DNA of 64,000 nt from Candidatus Bathyarchaeia archaeon (GTDB lineage Archaea; Thermoproteota; Bathyarchaeia; Bathyarchaeales; Bathycorpusculaceae), in assembly GCA_050012255.1 (NCBI GenBank), contig JBEKHN010000005.1:1-64000 (forward strand), read 5' to 3'. The translations under genes and the position numbers were made by a program. The notes under the pieces were generated by a model. The model was not told where the DNA came from. It worked only from the letters and a program-made list of their open reading frames with translations, and did not search any database. Shown piece by piece: positions 58,320 to 64,000 of this stretch (position 1 is the first letter of the stretch; the number at the start of each line of letters is the position of its first letter).

Positions 58320-58451
58320 CTATTTCTTACCTTTATCATATTCTGCAGGGAGTTCAACACTCCGTTTCTCTTTCCTTTTCAGTTCCTTCTCTCTCTGCAA
58401 TTTCATGTGGCGTTTATGATCCATAGCTTTCTCTTTCTTGCCTTTGGGCAC
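58320..58451 (-). CDS. 43-aa basic peptide
   Basis: GGAGGGTGA RBS; MPKGKKEKAMDHKRHMKLQREKELKRKEKRSVELPAEYDKGKK*. Confidence 0.55.
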   Translation of the reverse strand: MPKGKKEKAMDHKRHMKLQREKELKRKEKRSVELPAEYDKGKK

Positions 58452-58667
58452 AATTCACCCTCCTTAAGATTAGACTATGCTCTCACGTCTATTAAAATTG
58501 CGCGTGCTTTGCCGTAGTAGAAACTGATGGATCGATCGATCAATGATAGTAGTGGTTGAACAATGATATCGTATCAGAGAGGTTTGCAAAGAACAAAGAG
58601 ATTGAAAAGAGATTAGTCGTAGTGTGCTCGATAGAGCACGTTAAGAATGAATGTGAGATAAATGGAA

Positions 58668-58754
58668 CTATTTCTTTAATCGCTTTTCCTTGTGTTTTTT
58701 CCTTTTCTCTTCTCGTTCTTTCTTAGTCATCGGTTTATTCTTGGCGCTTCCCAT
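58668..58754 (-). CDS. 28-aa basic peptide
   Basis: GGTGA upstream; MGSAKNKPMTKKEREEKRKKHKEKRLKK*. Confidence 0.45.
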   Translation of the reverse strand: MGSAKNKPMTKKEREEKRKKHKEKRLKK

Positions 58755-58892
58755 ACTCAATGCAATCACCACTGAAGAATGGTTAGAACAATGAATAAGG
58801 TTTTTGCACATAAAGAACTAAGAGGTTAGAAAGAGGTAGGCAGTTTTGAGCTCGAAGAGCTCGCTGAGCCATCAAATAGTATGTTCATGAAG

Positions 58893-59480
58893 CTATGTTT
58901 CAGATTTCTGGGGCTGCGGAAAGTTTTGTCTCAGGTATTGACAATACTTGTCTTCTATGCGGTCATAATACCCAAGTTCCCAGTGTGTTGGGCTCATCAA
59001 CCCGTACTCAGTACAGCCAAGCATCCATGACATCACATGGGCAATTTCAACTCTCTCACTGGAACCAAAATAGTCGTCCTTCAGCATCTCTATGACCAAA
59101 CCACTCATCTTGCTGAGAAGACTACAGAATTCTGGAAACTTGTCGACACCCGACTTGGATATTCTTTTTTCGGTGCCCCAAGCAACATATTTGTTCAACG
59201 GGTTCTGTGAGTCAGGATTGACTGCGAACTTGTCGGGAACAAGAAGTCCGAGTTTGTAGTTCATCTTGCTCTGAACAACTTCGCGGCACTTCTTTTCTGT
59301 CAACACGCGAAAGCTGACAACAACCTCGTCTTCAACACGATCTCTGATCAAAAAGTGAACACTCTTAACCCCTACAAGGTCTACCACAAAACCGTAGAAT
59401 TCAAGAAGAACACTTCTGACATTCTCTGGTGCACATTTGAAAACTGCTACAGACCAATCATCATCTGGCATAGCAACCAC
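58893..59480 (-). CDS. hypothetical protein
   Basis: 195-aa ORF with no recognisable motif. Confidence 0.7.
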   Translation of the reverse strand: MVAMPDDDWSVAVFKCAPENVRSVLLEFYGFVVDLVGVKSVHFLIRDRVEDEVVVSFRVLTEKKCREVVQSKMNYKLGLLVPDKFAVNPDSQNPLNKYVAWGTEKRISKSGVDKFPEFCSLLSKMSGLVIEMLKDDYFGSSERVEIAHVMSWMLGCTEYGLMSPTHWELGYYDRIEDKYCQYLRQNFPQPQKSET

Positions 59481-59569
59481 ATTTTCGTGTATTCTTCTTC
59501 TGTTCCTCTTATATGAAACTCAAGTATGATGGCAAGCGCGGGCTACAAGGTTTCCGCAAAACTAGCAGA

Positions 59570-62500
59570 TCATCTTTCCCCTTTCAGCCAGCTCTTTATT
59601 CCAAGTTCTCTCACAACAATCAGTACAGGTTCAGGTTCGTGTGACTTGTACTTGCCATTCTCGTCCAAGTACAGCACTGTTGGCTTCAGTGAAAACATAC
59701 CTTGTACCGTCGGCTTAAGGGTAATTCTTATTTCTTCTGTCTTAAGTGGGTCAAGTCTCTTTCCTTTCAGGTTGATGTAGCTGTCCTCTACTCGACAGGT
59801 TTCGGGTTTTTCTGTCAGCTCGAAACCTTTTGGGATGATTTCCGTGATCTTTGTCAAGAGGGCAGCGCCCTTCCCGGAATTCACAAGTTCGATCTCTATC
59901 TCAAGGTTTTCGCCAACCTTCAGGTCCCTTTGACGGATTATCAGGTTTGCTTGTATGTCTGCATGCTCAAACCTTTCTAATCCAACTGCTTCTTCGTGCG
60001 AAGGCGTTGGAACTGACATGCTGGCGGTGCTGGAGGCAACAGCTGGCGCTACCAAAACTTTGTCAAGGGATAGTGCAAATTCACGTTTTTCCTTAACTCT
60101 CTCGAGGGTTCTGAGAACGTCGCTGGCTTTTTTGGTGTATCCTGCTTTATTGAACAGCTTGGCCGAACGATCTAAATACCCTTCAACCAGCCCATAGAAC
60201 TTCGTTTTGTCTTTGTGATCAGCTTCAGTTTCAGCTTTGCCCATGTAGAAGTAGGCGTCAAACAAAGCCTCAGTCGCGCTGACCCAGGTGGAGGCATTTC
60301 CGAATCCAGCATCCATGTAATAGTCGGAGGCGCTCTCCATGTAGTGTTTGGCTTCATAATAGAGGATCACATTTCTTGTCGACTTGTAATTCGCGCCCAG
60401 CTCAAGTGCTTTGCATATGCTGGAGTTGCCGGCCGCGAACATGGCAGTCCTCTTTTTCACGCTGCTTTCTTTGGCCTTTGCAAACAGTAGAGATGCTTCC
60501 GCATAAAGGCTCGCGTCGGCCATTTCATCAGCAACGCTCATCTTTTGCCAAGCTTGACACATATAAATCATTGAATAAAGCTCCTTAACTTCAGCTTCAA
60601 TTTCCATCGTTTGGACAATCTTCTCCAGCTCTCTTGCTGCAAGCGCATATTTTTCTCCGCTCAATGCGCAGTCTCCGGAGGCGTAAAGGTTCTTGGCCTC
60701 CTCGATGAGGACTCTCGTAAGACAATAGTCTTCTCTCAGATTGGAAGCCTTAATCAGTTTGAATGCCAATTCTTTTTCATCCAAGCCTGCAATCTCATTG
60801 CGTTTTGTTTCAATAGATTTTCTGGCTTGACGGAAAAGTCTAGCTGCTTCTTCGAAAGCATGAATGCATTCTTGGCTTTGATCGTTCCTACTCAGGCCTT
60901 CCGCTTGTTCAAGACAAGCCCACGCTGAGTAGTTCGGAGCTATGTAGATCCATGATTTCGATGAGTTGAGATATGCAGCTGCTCTCTCGTAGTTGTCTTT
61001 GGACTTACCAAACTCCTCTCTTTCGTGGTTGTATTTTGCTCTCTCAATGCAACTCCAAGCCTGCATGTACGTCACATAATCCGCGTAAAAACTACTAAGT
61101 TGAGGAGTGTTGTGAGCGCCAAGCGTGAACTGCTTTGAGGCAGACTCAAAGTTGTTTGCAGATTCCAAGTATTCACCAAGACGATCATAGATCACAGCAG
61201 TCTGCCAGTAAGCTTCAGCGACCCTAGTAGGGAGATCTGCATTCTTGTTAAGCTGAACAGCGCTTTGATAGGTTTCTACTAGTTTCTTCAGGATTTCTTT
61301 TTCCGCGGTGGTCTGGTAGAGTTGGTTCAATATGCTTCCCAATTCCGTCTCAAAACTTCCCAGTAGTGCGAAGAGTTCTCTACGTGAAGGATAGGAAGCT
61401 ACGTGCTTTTCGAAGAGTCCTATGCAAGTTTCCATGTTAGAAACCGCCTTTTCAAGGAGCTCTTTTCTGTTCTCTTTTGTTTCCTCTAATCTGCTAAGTT
61501 CAAGCAGGATAAGTGCAAGTGCTTCGTAAGGAAGAGATCGGGGCAACGCATACTGAGGACGCAGTTGCTCTGTATAGTGAACGGCTTTCTCTCCAAGTGT
61601 CATAGCCTCAACCAGTAGCTCTCTTTTCTCAGCCCCCGTTCTTAGAGTTGACAAGTCATAGAGGGCATGCGACAGTTCAGATGAACTGTGAAAAATCGCA
61701 TGTGTTGAACCTATGCGTTGTGCATATTCAAGGCCATTCTTCCCTAGATTTACGGCTTTCTTAAGTAATTCATGTCTTGCTTCCAATTCCGTCTCTATAC
61801 TTGCTAGTTCTCTAAGATTCGCGACGTATCCATACCCATAAGAATGAAAGATCCCGGGACTGTAATTAGCAGGAACACTGTAGGCGATGGCTTTGCCAGC
61901 ATACTCCTCACATTTCGCTGATGTTTCTTTTATTTCCTCTAGGTTTTCTTTCCAGGTCAGACTCCATGCCGTTGAAAATGCCAAACCGTCAAACGCCCCA
62001 GACATAATACGGTAATCGTTTACTTTGCTGCAATATTGGAGTGCTTTGTTGAAGAGGCTTGATCCCACTTCCACTCCAGCGCCAAGATCATTCTCAGCAA
62101 ATCCTAAACAAACAGTTGATTTGGCTAGAAGGTAGGTGTCACCGATTTTTTCCGAGATTCTGATTGCTTCTTTCACATATTCGAATGCCCTCTGCTCGCA
62201 TTCCTTTCTTTTCGTTTCCAACCGTAGAGACATGGCGGCGTCAACGCAGTTAATGCTTGTTACGTGATATGCTCTCGCGAGTTCGTGCTCATCATCCGCC
62301 TCAGAGAATATTCGTATCGCTCTCTCCCCGAGGCTTATTGCCTCGTCCAGTATGTTCTCCCTCATCTGCATGTCCAGTTCTAGGTCCAATCGATCAGATA
62401 GGATGCAAGCTAGTCTGGTGCAGGTCTTCCCCAACTCGAGTTGGTCTCTTTTTTCATGATAGACTTTCAAGACTTCCCTCTCAATCCTGCAGCCTTCATC

Positions 62501-62860
62501 AAGTAGCGTTTTCTTTTCAGACCCTTCTGATGCAAGCCAATAGCCCATGTAAGCAATCATTGCATCGCAACGCAAAATACGAGGTGTCTTTTCTGACTCA
62601 TTCAGTCTTCCATGAAGTTCCTTAGCCTTCTCATAGCTTAGAATAGCCTGACGCAATCTTTCTCTAAACTCATCATTACTTTCAGCCTGAAATGCAGAGC
62701 GGTAAGAAGCATGACCTGACCGCTCATAAATCTCCGCTATCTTCGAGAAATCATCTTGGGGCAGCAGATTCAGTGCTTTCTCATACGACTCGGCAGCTCC
62801 AGACCAATCATATTCCCTCTCTAGTCGTTCTGCCTGATGCAGAATTTCCTCCACACTCAA
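59570..62860 (-). CDS. large TPR/alpha-solenoid protein with C-terminal Ig-like domain
   Basis: Repeated A..YEKA-type helices; beta-rich C-terminus. Confidence 0.8.
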   Translation of the reverse strand: MSVEEILHQAERLEREYDWSGAAESYEKALNLLPQDDFSKIAEIYERSGHASYRSAFQAESNDEFRERLRQAILSYEKAKELHGRLNESEKTPRILRCDAMIAYMGYWLASEGSEKKTLLDEGCRIEREVLKVYHEKRDQLELGKTCTRLACILSDRLDLELDMQMRENILDEAISLGERAIRIFSEADDEHELARAYHVTSINCVDAAMSLRLETKRKECEQRAFEYVKEAIRISEKIGDTYLLAKSTVCLGFAENDLGAGVEVGSSLFNKALQYCSKVNDYRIMSGAFDGLAFSTAWSLTWKENLEEIKETSAKCEEYAGKAIAYSVPANYSPGIFHSYGYGYVANLRELASIETELEARHELLKKAVNLGKNGLEYAQRIGSTHAIFHSSSELSHALYDLSTLRTGAEKRELLVEAMTLGEKAVHYTEQLRPQYALPRSLPYEALALILLELSRLEETKENRKELLEKAVSNMETCIGLFEKHVASYPSRRELFALLGSFETELGSILNQLYQTTAEKEILKKLVETYQSAVQLNKNADLPTRVAEAYWQTAVIYDRLGEYLESANNFESASKQFTLGAHNTPQLSSFYADYVTYMQAWSCIERAKYNHEREEFGKSKDNYERAAAYLNSSKSWIYIAPNYSAWACLEQAEGLSRNDQSQECIHAFEEAARLFRQARKSIETKRNEIAGLDEKELAFKLIKASNLREDYCLTRVLIEEAKNLYASGDCALSGEKYALAARELEKIVQTMEIEAEVKELYSMIYMCQAWQKMSVADEMADASLYAEASLLFAKAKESSVKKRTAMFAAGNSSICKALELGANYKSTRNVILYYEAKHYMESASDYYMDAGFGNASTWVSATEALFDAYFYMGKAETEADHKDKTKFYGLVEGYLDRSAKLFNKAGYTKKASDVLRTLERVKEKREFALSLDKVLVAPAVASSTASMSVPTPSHEEAVGLERFEHADIQANLIIRQRDLKVGENLEIEIELVNSGKGAALLTKITEIIPKGFELTEKPETCRVEDSYINLKGKRLDPLKTEEIRITLKPTVQGMFSLKPTVLYLDENGKYKSHEPEPVLIVVRELGIKSWLKGER

Positions 62861-63147
62861 CGCCTCTGATAACAGTAAACCATTAGAAGTTTAAGAACAA
62901 GTATCTGAAAAGTCTTTTCATGAATGAAGCACTCGATGGATACGGAGCGATTTTCAGTTTTGCGGATGGTTTTGCGACGTAGATTTCCGCGCGCGCTACA
63001 GACAGACACAGAAAACCAACAAAAAACAAAACAAGAGATGAAGGCTGTTCAATGGAGAAATATCTGACAATGAGTTTCAGAGATTACGTTTGAAAGTATG
63101 CCTATTATTCTTGGACTGTTGCACGCTTTTTTTGTGTGGCGCGCGCT

Positions 63148-63249
63148 ACGGTTCGAGAAGTGGTTCTGATACCATGCTCATACTGCGGCGGGCTCATGCC
63201 CCAAACTTCCCTCTTCTGTCCAAACTGTGGAGCAAGAAGAAGAGCCTGA
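63148..63249 (+). pseudogene. C-terminal Zn-ribbon fragment
   Basis: TVREVVLIPCSYCGGLMPQTSLFCPNCGARRRA*; begins right after GCGCGCGCT. Confidence 0.6.
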
Positions 63250-63538
63250 CGAACTGTATCAACATTCCATGAACATTTTCAAAACCCTGAAAACCCCATA
63301 TACAGCATACTGCGCTGACCAGCACCTGAACGGGTTTAGGCTTCTAGGGAATTGAACCCAAAAGGAGGCGGGCTCAAATCTCGTATAATCCTACGGCTTT
63401 GGATTTGGGCAAAAATCTGTACGCGCGCTTTCACATATATTCAGATTGTCCAACACGGGTTCTATGCCGATCCAGCCAAGAATTCATAAGGAATTGGCAA
63501 TTGAAGGGTTACATGAAACAAGGCATCTTGGCGCGCGC

Positions 63539-63681
63539 ACAGGCATCTTGAGAACACCGACGTAATCGGTCTTTCCATAATGCAAATCGCGGAGCCCATC
63601 AAGATTCGAAATGCCTACGGCTTTGAAACTTGTTTTCCTTGCTTCTTCTTTCACGTTCTCGGTCAATGTCACGATTGGCAC
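63539..63681 (-). pseudogene. N-terminal fragment, possibly of a QueG-like Fe-S protein
   Basis: LTENVKEEARKTSFKAVGIS..., ending at GCGCGCGC 63531-63538. Confidence 0.4.
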
Positions 63682-63693
63682 TTCCTACCGGTT

Positions 63694-64000
63694 TCAGAGT
63701 ACATTACGGATCTTTCGAAGATTCTCTGTCGCCACTGGTTCATTCGACAGAAATTCCTTCAACTTTCCGCAAGGATAATCATCACAGTGGACACATGTCT
63801 CGGCTTTCCTCTGTTCGGCACAGGGTCGTATCTCGCAGATTTTCCGACACCAACCAGAAAGCACGTCAGATTTGCAGCCCCGGCAGTCAATGTCTTCAGG
63901 TTTGAACTGGACTTTCATTCCTTCGGTCCACTGCTCAGCCAACTGTCTCTTTCGCTCAGCATCTTTCGCTTGGGTTGCCTTGAACGCCTTGCACTGACTG
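63694..64000 (-). CDS. DUF3795-like Cys-rich protein (5' end outside window)
   Basis: DIDCRGCKS...CEIRPCA...TCVHCDDYPC. Confidence 0.8.
   Translation of the reverse strand, partial: SQCKAFKATQAKDAERKRQLAEQWTEGMKVQFKPEDIDCRGCKSDVLSGWCRKICEIRPCAEQRKAETCVHCDDYPCGKLKEFLSNEPVATENLRKIRNVL

Overview
Archaeal chromosomal window, most likely Bathyarchaeia. This is inferred from gene content (split GMP synthase, CofD/CofE, tandem HdrA and HdrA-MvhD, AOR, PolB2 operon, archaeal-type tRNA-Pro), not from a database search. Intact metabolic blocks (26.6-34.4 kb, 44.4-52.0 kb) alternate with patchwork accessory regions. Two signals stand out. (1) A ~6.4-kb rolling-circle-type element (HUH Rep, split SSV1-style tyrosine integrase) is integrated in tRNA-Pro(GGG). 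Its integrase reading frame contains, antisense, a replacement tRNA 5' half with a 44-nt hairpin insertion at D-loop position 17/17a, so integration appears to have installed an intron in the tRNA. Scars of at least two earlier integrations lie next to it. (2) The self-complementary motif (TA)GCGCGCGC(TA) occurs about 20 times, almost only in accessory or intergenic DNA, and at least eight gene fragments begin or end at it. This suggests an undescribed end-joining, recombination or excision-footprint process. A 15-bp near-palindromic repeat bracketing single-gene modules and several smaller oddities are also reported. Coordinates were counted by hand and may be off by a few bases.
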